This document shows, one piece after another, positions 46,239 through 58,255 of a DNA stretch of 64,000 nucleotides. Numbering within the stretch: position 1 is the stretch's first letter; each line of letters begins with the position of its first letter. The stretch lies in NCBI GenBank assembly GCA_964019425.1, contig OZ025789.1:930001-994000 (forward strand), read 5' to 3'. Below the pieces are notes generated by a model. That model was given only the letters and a program-made list of their open reading frames with translations. It searched no databases and was not told where the DNA came from. Position numbers and translations under genes: made by a program. Origin of the DNA: Flectonema sp. DT1601 (lineage: Eukaryota).

Positions 46239-47353
46239 TGCTGTTGAAACAAATGGTTTGAGGAAGTTATCAATTTCAGTATAAATTTAACACCAGAGTG
46301 TAATGGTCATCCTCTCTCATCAACATCATGTGTAAGGCTGGGTTAATACATGGAGTTAAGGAACAGCAATGAAAAAATAAACAATAGAAATAGAATACTA
46401 CATAATCTAATTAGAAAAAAAAGCTACAATTATTTTGATAAGAATCTATGAGGCGCTTGCAGTAGGGGTACGTTGTGTGTATTCTAATGAAAAAAAAAAA
46501 GGAAAGCAACAAAAAAAAAGAAGAAGAAAAAAAGTCCCCTACTTTCTGTGATACAATTCGCAGCTTAAACCAATTTTTTTTTTTTTTGCCTTACGGCGGT
46601 TTTTTTTTGAAGGGCAAAACTTTGACAATGTAGAAACAGTTACAACTTTTAGGTATTAAAAACAAAATTAATATCAAAAGTACTTGACTGAAAAAAATAT
46701 ATTTGAGGGAAGAACAAAAAAAAAAAAAAGCACATCCGAAATAAAATCACAATGTGAGTTTTTTTTTTTTTCTTTGCATTCCAAAGCAGCTGTCATCACA
46801 TATGTATGAGAAGACGCTATGAAATACCCTTTTTTAACGACATATCCCGAAACTATAATCTACAGATAGAGACTGCCACAAGAATATTATGGTGTTGTTA
46901 TTGTTGTTGTTGTTTTTTTTCTTTCCTGTTGTTTTTTTCATTAAGAGAATACGAAAAAAAAAGAAGAACAGAGGGAGAAATAAAAAGAAAAAAATAATCT
47001 TCCCTCTTAAGACTAGACAAGTTAGTGAGTGAATCCAACAGACCACCACCGAATATCGGTTTGGTTGACTCTCAAATAGAGATCTTCGAGTCATCCCCAA
47101 TAACTGCAGTAAGAGTTTTAAACGCAATAATCCTCAAAAAGATAGAGAGTTTCTACTATGAAGGAACAAAAAAAAAGCCATTCCAATGCAAGGAACAGAA
47201 AGGAATTAGAATAAGCGACTTTGAGCCTTCGAAAAAAAGGAGTTGAGGCTAAAGTTGAAATAAGGAGTCTTTTCAATGTTCCGCACTTTCTTATTTTATG
47301 TTTTAACATAAACAGCATAAGTGCTAATAAAAAAGAAGTTTTGGAAGAAGAAA

Positions 47354-47525
47354 AAAAAGAAATTGGCTTTATCTTAAAAACTATACAGAAAAATAGTAAT
47401 ATAACAACTGTGATGTTTTTTTGTTTGTGTCACGAAACCGACTTAAAACTGACAAAAGCTAAAGGAGGTTTACGTGCTGCCAACATTCTTTTTTCGTTCT
47501 TACAATACTTGTTAAATGCAAAAAA
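47354..47525. repeat. Dispersed ~165-bp repeat, copy B (intergenic)
   Basis: Matches 17901-18066 with a few substitutions and indels. Confidence 0.9.
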
Positions 47526-48024
47526 AAAAAAAGAGGGAAAAAATGGTTTAAGGTTTTTGTTTTATGAGTGTATACACAATAAATTCCAAAAAAAAAAAAA
47601 AAAAAGTTTAATTTTCAAAATGGAAAAAAATCATTATCACTCCAACAGCACCATAATTTTTTTGTTTTTGTTTTTTTTACATATTATTTTTTTTTTTTTT
47701 TGCTTCTGATAATTATTTTCACTTACTTCGGACAAAAGATTAAAAGGGAACGTGGACTAGAGTTGTCTACTTTGTTGGACAAGAGAAGGAAGGGGTAGGT
47801 GCAAATAACTACCTACAAGTAACAACAAATTTAACAAGATCACAAAGGCATGGCAAATAATATGTGAAACATTAAAGCATCACGGTGAGACTGTTCGAAG
47901 CCTTGGCATCAACAACGATTGAACAACGACAAATAAAAAAGAGAAAAAAAAAAAGAAAAGAAAACAAATCTAAGGACGGAGAGAGAAAAGGGAAATTATA
48001 ATGACACATAACTTAGTACAACTA

Positions 48025-48055
<31 letters not shown>

Positions 48056-48149
48056 TTTAATAACAAAAGAGAATGTTGCCCACCTATTAATTTCAATTCT
48101 CATGAAGTGGTCCACAATATTTATTATTGCATAAGCAGTATTTGTAATT

Positions 48150-48655
48150 CCATAGTGGCGTCACTAATTCTAGTCGGTTATCACGGTTTTTAACGAAGGA
48201 AGAGTTCTCCTAGACCGGGTAGTGCAAGATCGCTACGTCTGGTGCGTGCACTGCGGGGGTGGCACTGCATTAATACAACATTTGGATAGCAGCTTTCCCG
48301 TAGGATTGAAGACTTTCACAAACGTGCACCAATACAGAACTTTGCCCTCGTGCACATACGTATCCTACACGGTCTGCAGAACCAGGGCCTGAGCAAGCTC
48401 ACGGCACCCAGCATGTAGGCGCGTCGAATACGACCAGACAACTTAATGATAGGACTGATGAGGAGAATCATGAAGTTTTGAACGGATCTCGTACTCTTAC
48501 CACTCACCGGTTTCAGGGACTTTTAACCCTCTTTTCAAAGTTCTTTGCATCTTTCCATCACTGTACTTGTTCGCTATCGGTCTCCGGGAGATATTTAGCC
48601 TTAGCAGAGGGATACCTGCCAATTAGCTCAGCATTCCCAAACTGAGCGACTCTTG
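48150..48655 (-). pseudogene. Isolated fragment of cytoplasmic LSU (28S) rRNA: conserved core between D1 and D2 (about 48500-48655) plus probable D2 sequence
   Basis: Minus strand reads GAGTCGCTCAGTTTGGGAATGC...GCTAAATA...GAGACCGATAGCGAACAAGTACAGTGATGGAAAGATGCAAAGAACTTTGAAAAGAG, the universal LSU motif. No other rDNA nearby; the lower boundary is estimated from GC content. Confidence 0.9.
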
Positions 48656-48826
48656 CTGACCAGAGAACCAATTTATACATAGGCAACAAATTCTCACTTA
48701 AAAAAAAGACAAGTCTCACTCGATGGCGTGAAAAATATAAAAGTAATAATAAAAAAAAAAATTACATCTTTTTTCTTTTTTTCTTAGAAACAAACAAGAC
48801 GGCGAGCAACAATTTTTTTGTGCACA

Positions 48827-48886
48827 AAACTGTGAACCGACTTACACCGATGAAGCCAAAGGAGGCTTGCGTGCTGCCTTGTTAAA
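48827..48886. repeat. Diverged partial copy C of the dispersed repeat
   Basis: aaactgtgaaccgactta...gccaaaggaggcttgcgtgctgccttgttaaa matches the core of copies A and B. Confidence 0.7.
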
Positions 48887-49186
48887 AGAAAAAGAAAAAA
48901 TAAAAATGAAAAAAAGAAATCAGCCGGCACGCTGATTTAAACCCGTGAGACAAATATTTTAGCTAACGGTTGTGTTAGTTTTTAACTTTACGTTTTTTTT
49001 TTTTTATGTTTTTTTTTTAACTCGTACTGGGGAAATTGTAGAAATATTAAAAAAAATTCAAAAAAAAAAAAAAAAAGAGAAGAAATTTCAAAAAAAAAAA
49101 AAAAAAAACATTTTTTAAATAAATAAAACAATAATGCCATTCGTGTTCACGTTGTTTTGTTTTATTTTCAGAAACCGAACCTCTTC

Positions 49187-51546
49187 CTAAATATGCCTCG
49201 AGAGAATCTCCATCCGGTCGGCAGGCATCGCGAATGATGGCCGTTGCTGTTTTTTTGTTACTTTTTTTTTTTTTTTTTTTTAAAATTGATAAAACATCAA
49301 ACAAAACAAAAACAAAAAAAACAAACCGATCTCGGAGTTGTCCTACTCGGCCGACCAGGGAAATCAGTCGGAGAAAGAAGAGCTGTATTTGCTCGTTCCC
49401 TTCGATGTGGTTTAATAGAACTAGTAGGAGCCTGTTCAAGTTGACCAGATTTGAATTCATTTTCTAAACTAACAAGTGCAGCACTGAGGTCAGCATCACG
49501 TATTCTACGAGTTGGAGTTTTTGCTCCATCTCTGTTTGATTTTGGTGGTACAAGATCACGTAGTTCAGAATCCAAACCATACTCTGCACTTGCTCGACGC
49601 TTTTTTCCAGATGATGATCGACGACGAGGTGGTTTCTTAGCATCAACCACCGAGGATCTACGAGAACTTCTCCTCGATGATGGAGCAGAATGACTAACAG
49701 GAAGAGTACCAGAAGATCTTCTTCTCCCCGACAAGTTGCTAACCATTGAGTTGACCCTCTCTCTTGGTTGTAATTTATCAAATCCTGGAATGGGTTTTAT
49801 GTGTGTTTGGTTAACAATAGTTCCCATTTCAATATTTTCAGTTTCCGGATAATTATTTGATTTTTGTACTTCAGGTAACTTATTAACTACGTCTTTATGT
49901 GTTGGTGTCACCCTCTGTGATGGTGGTTGAGATGAATTTGGTATCGATCCAACAGGTTCTATTTGAATAACATTGTGAGAAACTCTTTCATCAGAACTCC
50001 CTTGAAGTAGAGTTGATAGTAGTTTTGGTTCATTATTACAGTCGTTTGTCGTCTTCGGTGTCTTTGTCACATAACAAATAGCAGCTGCCATAAACACACA
50101 TAAAAATGCACATCCCACAGCCACTCCAATAATAGTTTCTGTAGGTAATTGACTATCTTTTGATCCAGAATTCATAACCTCACAGTAGTCACCGTACCAG
50201 TTTGGTTGGCAGCTGCAGATGCAGCCTCCGTCAATAATGGTAGCACTGACTGCGTGATTAGTACAATTATCTACTTTTGTACAAACAAGACCACCATTTG
50301 GAGTACTAAGACAGCTTCCCTTTAAACAAACAGTGTTGTGGTTTGGAATAGATTTACACCTACAGAAACCATCACTAGCAAGACTGGATTGTGAATCACA
50401 AGACTGATGAAGAAGCGGAATGATATCACACTTCGCAGTAGTTGCAGCACTGAGTCTCTCGCATATCGAAGACGGGGCTCCTGGACATGCAGTTCCTTCT
50501 GCTACAGACTTAACTGTTTTTGATTCTCCTGCATAGCAGTTTGATGACTTCACTTGATACTCCATGGCTTTACCTTTACACTCAGATGGCATGTATTGTT
50601 CAGGTTGACTTACTTTCTTACAATATGTTGCTGCGCTGACACATAAATCAGCCTCTTCACAAGTGAGGTGAGAATAAGATGTGAATTCACTAGTTAGTTG
50701 GTGTTCATCCCAAGGATGACCACCAACACAGCACGTTGGTGATGTTGAGTTTCCGCAGGTGTTTGTGACGGTACCTCGTCGAATGCATGAGCATGACTCT
50801 GTTGAGCACTTAGTGTTGATTTCACTTGTAATTATAGGATCAGTTTGAGTTCTTTGGTATTCCCAACCACAGTCTACACTTCCCTCAGGGATGACGGCAT
50901 GGGCGGCACTTAAGTCTCTACAAATGTCATTCTGATCACAGGTATTGTTGTCCTTATCGACTGTAACTTTAGTACTGCAGGAGTCAACAACTTTTCCAAC
51001 TTGTTTTTTAACACAATTCCACAAGGTGTCACAGGTTGCAAGTCCCTTTGTATACTTAACCCAAGCTTTAATATCACAAGGATTGTTACTGCAGCGTTCT
51101 ATTTGATCACAGGATGCCTGAGAATATTTTAGTACTTCTGGACGGTCAACTAATTTTGAGTTATCTTCAAAAAGAGTATCTGGTGAAGTAGAAGACTTAC
51201 ACAGTCCTGTTGATGCATCATACGTTGCTGGACTACCAGCACAGATACAAACTTCAAGAGAGCATTTGTCTGCTTCTGCTCTAAGTTCTGCAGGGTCGGG
51301 TGTCCATGATGACGGTGCCAGTGTTAAGCTAGACATACACCTTGACATTAATGGTTCACAACCCTCTGCGAAATTAATACTTAATTCATTAGCACCCCTC
51401 GAGTTACGTTGCTGTCCTCTTTGCAGTACCATACTCCTGAATAACTCTTCTAGTACGTCTGCGTTACCAGCACTTGTAACAATGCATAGCCAAGCAAGCA
51501 TCAGTATCTGAAGCAGTGCAGTCGGCATGTTGGTTGAGTTGTTCAT
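49187..51546 (-). CDS. Cys-rich type I membrane protein with a membrane-proximal EGF-like domain; intron 49247-49326
   Basis: Signal peptide (MPTALLQILMLAWLCIVTSA), many Cys, EGF signature CICSCQPNWYGDYCE, TM IIGVAVGCAFLCVFMAAAICYV, Arg/Ser-rich tail; spliced end PRS|QRPSF...RHI*. Confidence 0.8.
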
Positions 51547-51790
51547 TCTCGTGAACTGATGTGAAAGAATAACATTATACACGTCAAGGAATATTTTTGT
51601 CGTAAAGTTCAACTGAAAAAAAAAGGAGGTCCACTTCATAATGTCGCTGTGAAGGAATAAAGGATTAAGAATTATAAAAACAAATTGACCGACAATAAAA
51701 AAAAAAAATAACAAATATAAGAATATAAGAATATAAGAATAAAAAGTTTGTGTAAATAATAAACATCTGACCACTGAATCATGAAAAGGA

Positions 51791-53794
51791 TTAACGCCAC
51801 ATCTTCTCACTCTCTCGTAGTCCAGCTTTAATAATAAAAACAGAATGGTACGGGTCACTTGCATCTAATGTGATAGTTGCGGCTTTTCGTAGTAGTAGTT
51901 GAGAGCAATTGTTCATTCTACAATGAATGAATGAACGAAATTTTGTATTCATTCTCCAAGTCTCGGTAGTTTCAATCGCCAATGCGACTTTTCGAAGAAG
52001 ATCATCAGCATCACTAAATGATGGTGAGACGTCGAGGAAGAACCAACAGCCTTTTGAAATTGAATTTAATAAATAACTTTCAGCCTTAGCAAGATCTTCA
52101 CTTGAAGTGACTGATGCGTATTTCAAGGTTGCCATCATATCGACAGAATACGACTCAAGAGCAGCAGCTGGGTCCGTCCCATCACCTAAAAATAAAACAG
52201 GAACTCTACATCCCGACAATAAAAACGACGCTCTAATCTCTGCAGTCGAAATAAATATTTTAGCTATGTTCAAAGATCCAGCAGACAACAAGTTCCTTTC
52301 TTTTTCTATTAAATTTTCAGATGCTCTGTTTAACTTTGCAGCCATCAGCACAACCTTTTCCAAATGCATTCCAATACTCTTATCGTTGCAAACTGCTATA
52401 AATTCCTTAATTCGAACATCAGAATCATCAAGTTCGATTCCCGATGAAATTCGAGATTCGTGGATGAAATTGACAATGTCGAAGGGCTGTTGAGCATATT
52501 GTGAGGTATACTCTTCAAGAATAGAGGCTATTTTTGAAAGGGAAATACCAATGCCAGTGGGATCGTGTAGCTTCCATGAGGTGTATAGTTTTTTAAAAAT
52601 CGAAGATGTCGCAGATTTTCGTTGAATGGTTTCCAATCGATCGACAACTTGACTTTGAAAGAACACAATTAAATATTCGAATTCAGGTTGGGGTAATAAT
52701 TCAGTCAACGTTAATATTAAATCGACAAACATCATCTTTGTAAGCATCCCTCGTCTATCAAGTTGTAGTATTTGTGTTTCATCAGACCCCACAACAGAAG
52801 TTATGTTGGAGTCTCTCTTGTCATCTGACCAATAAAAGAAAACTTGTAGACCGAGAATTACTAATCGGCAGTTTATCTTTTCCGATCTAAACCCATCAGG
52901 GTTACTCGACTGGTCCCACTCATCAAATAAGTTTTCAAGAAGAGAACGTCTCGATGATAATTCCAATATTCCACTTCTCTGAAGACTGCCACCAACTTCA
53001 TGAACGCCGTACAGTCGGATTCTCTCACGTCTTTTCGCTGTTAGTTTGTACTGTTTTCGTTCTTTTTGTGAGATTTCCAACCATCGTCTTGAGCTATTAT
53101 TATTATCGTTGAATTGCTTGTATTCATCCCACGTGAATTCTTTATTTAATGAGACCACCTGCGATACTTCCTTCTTCTCACTATTTAATATGTCATCCGG
53201 TTCTGACAATTCAACATCAGAACCATCGTCTTGCAATGTTGATTGTTGCTGTGGTTGGATGTGACTACTACAAACTACTGAAGTTGGACTATATGTTGGT
53301 TGTTTGATTTGAAGCGTTGCTTCTGCTGCTGCATCTGTTCTTTTGATTATTGATTCAAGTTTTAGTTGAAGGGAACTAATGATGTCTAAATCATCATCGA
53401 CAGACTGTTCAGTTGAATAGCTTTTAGGAGATTGGAAATCATCGACATCACCTTCTTTATCAAAACTAGAAATATCTGAACAAGTTGTACTTTCTGGTTC
53501 ACTACTGTGAAGACTTTCCGTCTTTGATTGAACATCAAAGGGAGACTCAATGTCTGAGAGACATAATATTCTTTCGATAGACGACATCATTCCCAAAGCA
53601 TCCTTCTTCGTGCTTAAATAAAAATCATTTCTCAACTCTGTTATAGTCAACTCAGACAAAGCCATTCCATCAACTCGATTGCTTGCCAACAATGCGAGAA
53701 ACTCATCCGTGCAAAGATTATTTTTTTTAAAGTAATAACAAACATCATTAGTATTCCAAGTGGTAGGTGATTTCAATTCCTTTGGGAAGTCCAT
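51791..53794 (-). CDS. SAM-domain protein with C-terminal dynein heavy chain AAA6 (D6)-like domain
   Basis: SAM: WNTNDVCYYF...NRVDGMALSELTITELRNDF. C-terminal PVLFLGDGTDP...ISKGCWFFLD...FRSFIH resembles the dynein D6 pattern PLIFxLSxGxDP...GxWVxL...FRLxL. Confidence 0.7.
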   Translation of the reverse strand: MDFPKELKSPTTWNTNDVCYYFKKNNLCTDEFLALLASNRVDGMALSELTITELRNDFYLSTKKDALGMMSSIERILCLSDIESPFDVQSKTESLHSSEPESTTCSDISSFDKEGDVDDFQSPKSYSTEQSVDDDLDIISSLQLKLESIIKRTDAAAEATLQIKQPTYSPTSVVCSSHIQPQQQSTLQDDGSDVELSEPDDILNSEKKEVSQVVSLNKEFTWDEYKQFNDNNNSSRRWLEISQKERKQYKLTAKRRERIRLYGVHEVGGSLQRSGILELSSRRSLLENLFDEWDQSSNPDGFRSEKINCRLVILGLQVFFYWSDDKRDSNITSVVGSDETQILQLDRRGMLTKMMFVDLILTLTELLPQPEFEYLIVFFQSQVVDRLETIQRKSATSSIFKKLYTSWKLHDPTGIGISLSKIASILEEYTSQYAQQPFDIVNFIHESRISSGIELDDSDVRIKEFIAVCNDKSIGMHLEKVVLMAAKLNRASENLIEKERNLLSAGSLNIAKIFISTAEIRASFLLSGCRVPVLFLGDGTDPAAALESYSVDMMATLKYASVTSSEDLAKAESYLLNSISKGCWFFLDVSPSFSDADDLLRKVALAIETTETWRMNTKFRSFIHCRMNNCSQLLLRKAATITLDASDPYHSVFIIKAGLRESEKMWR

Positions 53795-54279
53795 ATCTGG
53801 TATTGAGCAGTCAAGCTAAGAGTAGCTAATAGCACAGTCCATGTGAGTCTGTGAAGGAAATAGTTCATAAACCTTGAAATATTCTGAAAACAAATTAACC
53901 ATCGCACCGTGAAAAATTAGTATACCACAATAACAAGAAAAACAACAAAAAAAAAAAAACTAAAATCACAAGCAGATCAAATCCAACCAAAAAAAAAAAT
54001 TTAATTTTTTCGGTAAAATCGTTACAGCTTAAAAGAAATTCACGCTTTTTTTTAACTTTTTTTTTTTTTTCAAATATTTTTTTTTATAGTGTTCCATGAG
54101 AGTAATAAGAAATTAAAAAGTCCGATACAAGGTTAAAAACAAGTTTAAAAATAAAATGACAAAAACAACCAAAAAAAACAAACACGCGTATGCAGACTAG
54201 CTGCAGGGAAAGCTTCCTTTTTATAGATGCTTCAATAGTACTAAAACGAAAAGGTTTATCGAACGAAAAATGAAATCAT

Positions 54280-55710
54280 TTAGAAAGGAGTACCCTTCAG
54301 GTATCTCGAGTAGAATGTGAAAGCAGCGATTGGCTGGAACTGAGGAACCATGTGTCCAGCAAGACGGATAGTGATGAAAGAGAAATCCTTGTCTCCCTTA
54401 GTTGGAGTGTAGGTGGTGGCGTATCCGAGTGGAATACCTCCGGCATCACCAAACCATGGGTGCCATGCCTTCTTCTCAGTGGCAACTCCAGCGGTAACCA
54501 TGGAAGTGGTCCACTCTTCGTTACCCTTGTAAGGAACACAAGCATCAGAGTCACCGTTGTAAATCAAAACTCTGATCTTTCCGATCAAGTGTGGGTACAG
54601 AGTAACGGAAGCTGGTCCACTGGTAGAGTAGCTGAATCCAGAAACACCTGGCTTTCCCAAGTGAAGAGCCTTCTGGACGTCGTCTCTCTGGAAGTAAGCA
54701 GCCATGGCAGCCATACCACCACATGACCAGTCGTATCCTCCTCCCAAGGCCTTCAACTCAGCGGCTGCTGCAGCAGGTCTGTGAAGGTTGTCTCTCAAGT
54801 AGTTTCTAAGGAAGGTTTGACTCTTACCAGATCTCATAACCCATTCTTCAGTCTGAGGACAGTTGTCATAGATATCGTAGATGTTGTAAGGACCAACTTC
54901 ATTGTTCATTTGGTCGAGAGCTTGACGGCAGCCAGCGGATCCAGTGTTTGGGAAGTTGCATACTTTGTAGATCTGCTCGTAAAGCTTCTTTGATACGAGT
55001 CCCTTACCGTAGAACATGTCGACGTCGTTCTGCTCGGAGTTTGGTCCGTTGCAGTTCACGTTTCTCGCGTCACCTCCCCAACAACCGTTTCCAACAGCAA
55101 TTCCCTTCAAGTTTGGAAGAACGTTGTGGGTGGTGATGTAGTAAGCGATGTTTGGAATGTACTGTCCAGCGTATGACTCACCAGTAAGGTAGAGATCATT
55201 GTTCTTGTACTCAGGGAACTCACTGAAGAACTGCTGAAGGGTCTTGGCGTAAGCCTCAGCCTGGTTGGTGTCATTCCAGCTGCAGGTGTGCTGAGGCTGG
55301 TTGTTGATCAAACAGTAAGAGAATCCAAGTGGATCATCAGAACCAGCAGGTGACTCAAGGTAAAGCATACTGCTAACACGGTTCCATGCCTGGCTGTTGA
55401 CGTACTGAGAAGTGGTGTTCAACTGAAAGTATCCCATCTCAGCGTAGGCTCCAAATAAAGAGGATCCACCAGGACCTCCCTGATGCCAAGTTGAGATTGG
55501 GTCAGTCGCTGGGTTGTTCTGTGACTCATGGAACTGGTAGTGAACCTTTAGCTCATCGTATCCAGCAGCGAATGGTCCCTTCACAGTGAGGTATCCACTG
55601 TACACCTTGAATGGTGCTTTTGGGAATCCAGGAAGCTGGTCGACGAGATCCGCAGCAGGGGCGGCCATCGTGCATCCCAGGGATGCCAAAAGCGCAGCAG
55701 CGTAACGCAT
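54280..55710 (-). CDS. Serine carboxypeptidase (S10), copy 1
   Basis: Signal peptide; YSGYL, QGGPGGSS, ESPAG, TGESYAG (catalytic Ser), YNGDSD, AGHMVP (catalytic His). Confidence 0.97.
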   Translation of the reverse strand: MRYAAALLASLGCTMAAPAADLVDQLPGFPKAPFKVYSGYLTVKGPFAAGYDELKVHYQFHESQNNPATDPISTWHQGGPGGSSLFGAYAEMGYFQLNTTSQYVNSQAWNRVSSMLYLESPAGSDDPLGFSYCLINNQPQHTCSWNDTNQAEAYAKTLQQFFSEFPEYKNNDLYLTGESYAGQYIPNIAYYITTHNVLPNLKGIAVGNGCWGGDARNVNCNGPNSEQNDVDMFYGKGLVSKKLYEQIYKVCNFPNTGSAGCRQALDQMNNEVGPYNIYDIYDNCPQTEEWVMRSGKSQTFLRNYLRDNLHRPAAAAAELKALGGGYDWSCGGMAAMAAYFQRDDVQKALHLGKPGVSGFSYSTSGPASVTLYPHLIGKIRVLIYNGDSDACVPYKGNEEWTTSMVTAGVATEKKAWHPWFGDAGGIPLGYATTYTPTKGDKDFSFITIRLAGHMVPQFQPIAAFTFYSRYLKGTPF

Positions 55711-56513
55711 TTTTATAGCAACTGTTAGGGGGAATGAATATCACAGAGCGATACAACAACTCAAAATATAACAATCGCGTGGTGAAGCAACCCTAAGAAC
55801 AACGATCACATTCCGATGGCTTCCACAGTGATCGACTAGCCGAGTTACGCTGCGGTAGCCATCTGCTTCCTGAAGTGAAGGTGAAAATAATATAAATCAG
55901 TAGAATATTCGCAACCGTTATCACGGTCGAAAGTAAGACAGAAACCCGAAAAACGGGAGAACACTGTCCCTTTTGTTTTGTTTTGTTTTACACGTCGGTA
56001 ACGAGGTTAATTGTAACAAAAAGAAAAATAAAATTAAAATAAAACAAAAAAAAAAAGGCAAGCTGAAAGCACAAGCAGCTCGCGAACAACAAGAAAATAA
56101 AATGCAGCACGCGGATTTCACCCATTCATAAGTTTTTTTTTTTTTTTTTTTTTTTTTCCCGGAAAACCGAAATCCAGAATGTCTCTTCCAACACTCCTTT
56201 TTTTTTTTTTTTCAAGGTTTTTTTAATTATTTAGTTCTGCCTCTTATTTCAATCAAATCAGCACATGTACGCTATAAGAATCAGTAAATGCGGTAAAAAT
56301 TGCTTATCCCAAAGGAGGACAAAATACTCACTACTCCAGTTACCAACAGCTATGAGAAATAATCAGTAAACGAGTGCAATTAATTAACGAAAAGAGAAAC
56401 CAAAAAGTGTGGCAATTACTTTATAAAAAATTAAAGAGGAACTGCAGACACGCATGGCAAAGAAATAATAGAAAATTAAAAAAACGTTTTTTTCTTTTTT
56501 TTATGTCAACAAA

Positions 56514-57944
56514 CTAGAAAGGAGTACCCTTCAGGTATCTCGAGTAGAATGTGAAAGCAGCGATTGGCTGGAACTGAGGAACCATGTGTCCAGCAAGACG
56601 GATAGTGATGAAAGAGAAATCCTTGTCTCCCTTAGTTGGAGTGTAGGTGGTGGCGTATCCGAGTGGAATACCTCCGGCATCACCAAACCATGGGTGCCAT
56701 GCCTTCTTCTCAGTGGCAACTCCAGCGGTAACCATGGAAGTGGTCCACTCTTCGTTACCCTTGTAAGGAACACAAGCATCAGAGTCACCGTTGTAAATCA
56801 AAACTCTGATCTTTCCGATCAAGTGTGGGTACAGAGTAACGGAAGCTGGTCCACTGGTAGAGTAGCTGAATCCAGAAACTCCTGGCTTTCCCAAGTGAAG
56901 AGCCTTCTGGACGTCGTCTCTCTGGAAGTAAGCAGCCATGGCAGCCATACCACCACATGACCAGTCGTATCCTCCTCCCAAGGCCTTCAACTCAGCGGCT
57001 GCTGCAGCAGGTCTGTGAAGGTTGTCTCTCAAGTAGTTTCTAAGGAAGGTTTGACTCTTACCAGATCTCATAACCCATTCTTCAGTCTGAGGACAGTTGT
57101 CATAGATATCGTAGATGTTGTAAGGACCAACTTCATTGTTCATTTGGTCGAGAGCTTGACGGCATCCAGCGGATCCAGTGTTTGGGAAGTTGCATACTTT
57201 GTAGATCTGTTCGTAAAGCTTCTTTGATACGAGTCCCTTACCGTAGAACATGTCGACGTCGTTCTGCTCGGAGTTTGGTCCGTTGCAGTTCACGTTTCTC
57301 GCGTCACCTCCCCAACAACCGTTTCCAACAGCAATTCCCTTCAAGTTTGGAAGAACGTTGTGGGTGGTGATGTAGTAAGCGATGTTTGGAATGTACTGTC
57401 CAGCGTATGACTCACCAGTAAGGTAGAGATCGTTGTTCTTGTACTCAGGGAACTCACTGAAGAACTGCTGAAGGGTCTTGGCGTAAGCCTCAGCCTGGTT
57501 GGTGTCATTCCAGCTGCAGGTGTGCTGAGGCTGGTTGTTGATCAAACAGTAAGAGAATCCAAGTGGATCATCAGAACCAGCAGGTGACTCAAGGTAAAGC
57601 ATGCTGCTAACACGGTTCCATGCCTGGCTGTTGACGTACTGAGAAGTGGAGTTCAACTGAAAGTATCCCATCTCAGCGTAAGCTCCAAACAAAGAGGATC
57701 CACCAGGACCTCCCTGATGCCAAGTTGAGATTGGGTCAGTCGCTGGGTTGTTCTGTGACTCATGGAACTGGTAGTGAACCTTTAGCTCATCGTATCCAGC
57801 AGCGAATGGTCCCTTCACAGTGAGGTATCCACTGTACACCTTGAATGGTGCTTTTGGGAATCCAGGAAGCTGGTCGACGAGATCCGCAGCAGGGGCGGCC
57901 ATCGTGCATCCCAGGGATGCCAAAAGCGCAGCAGCGTAACGCAT
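56514..57944 (-). CDS. Serine carboxypeptidase (S10), copy 2
   Basis: Same motifs as copy 1; one amino-acid difference (LNTTSQ vs LNSTSQ). Confidence 0.97.
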   Translation of the reverse strand: MRYAAALLASLGCTMAAPAADLVDQLPGFPKAPFKVYSGYLTVKGPFAAGYDELKVHYQFHESQNNPATDPISTWHQGGPGGSSLFGAYAEMGYFQLNSTSQYVNSQAWNRVSSMLYLESPAGSDDPLGFSYCLINNQPQHTCSWNDTNQAEAYAKTLQQFFSEFPEYKNNDLYLTGESYAGQYIPNIAYYITTHNVLPNLKGIAVGNGCWGGDARNVNCNGPNSEQNDVDMFYGKGLVSKKLYEQIYKVCNFPNTGSAGCRQALDQMNNEVGPYNIYDIYDNCPQTEEWVMRSGKSQTFLRNYLRDNLHRPAAAAAELKALGGGYDWSCGGMAAMAAYFQRDDVQKALHLGKPGVSGFSYSTSGPASVTLYPHLIGKIRVLIYNGDSDACVPYKGNEEWTTSMVTAGVATEKKAWHPWFGDAGGIPLGYATTYTPTKGDKDFSFITIRLAGHMVPQFQPIAAFTFYSRYLKGTPF

Positions 57945-58255
57945 TTTTATAGCAACTGTTGGGGGGGATGAATATCACAGAGCGATACAATTCACAAACC
58001 TCAATCACTAAATAGAACCTCAACGCCAACCTCTCATATTATTAATAAATTAAACAAGTCCTAAAAAACAAGTAGTAATAATTACAAAACCACACCACGA
58101 GATAGTCTTGACGCAGTCTCTGAACGGCGTCTATGAATAGAATCCCCAGAGCTAGAAGGGAATTATTTTATTTTATTTTTTAAAAAGACAGTTCCAAGCT
58201 ATTATGAAAAAAAAAATAAATAATAATAATAATAATCTAAAGAAGGCAGCAGATC

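Noticed and set aside
48150..48655. Functional rDNA locus
   Set aside because: Only about 0.5 kb of LSU sequence in AT-rich flanks; no SSU, 5.8S or downstream LSU core.
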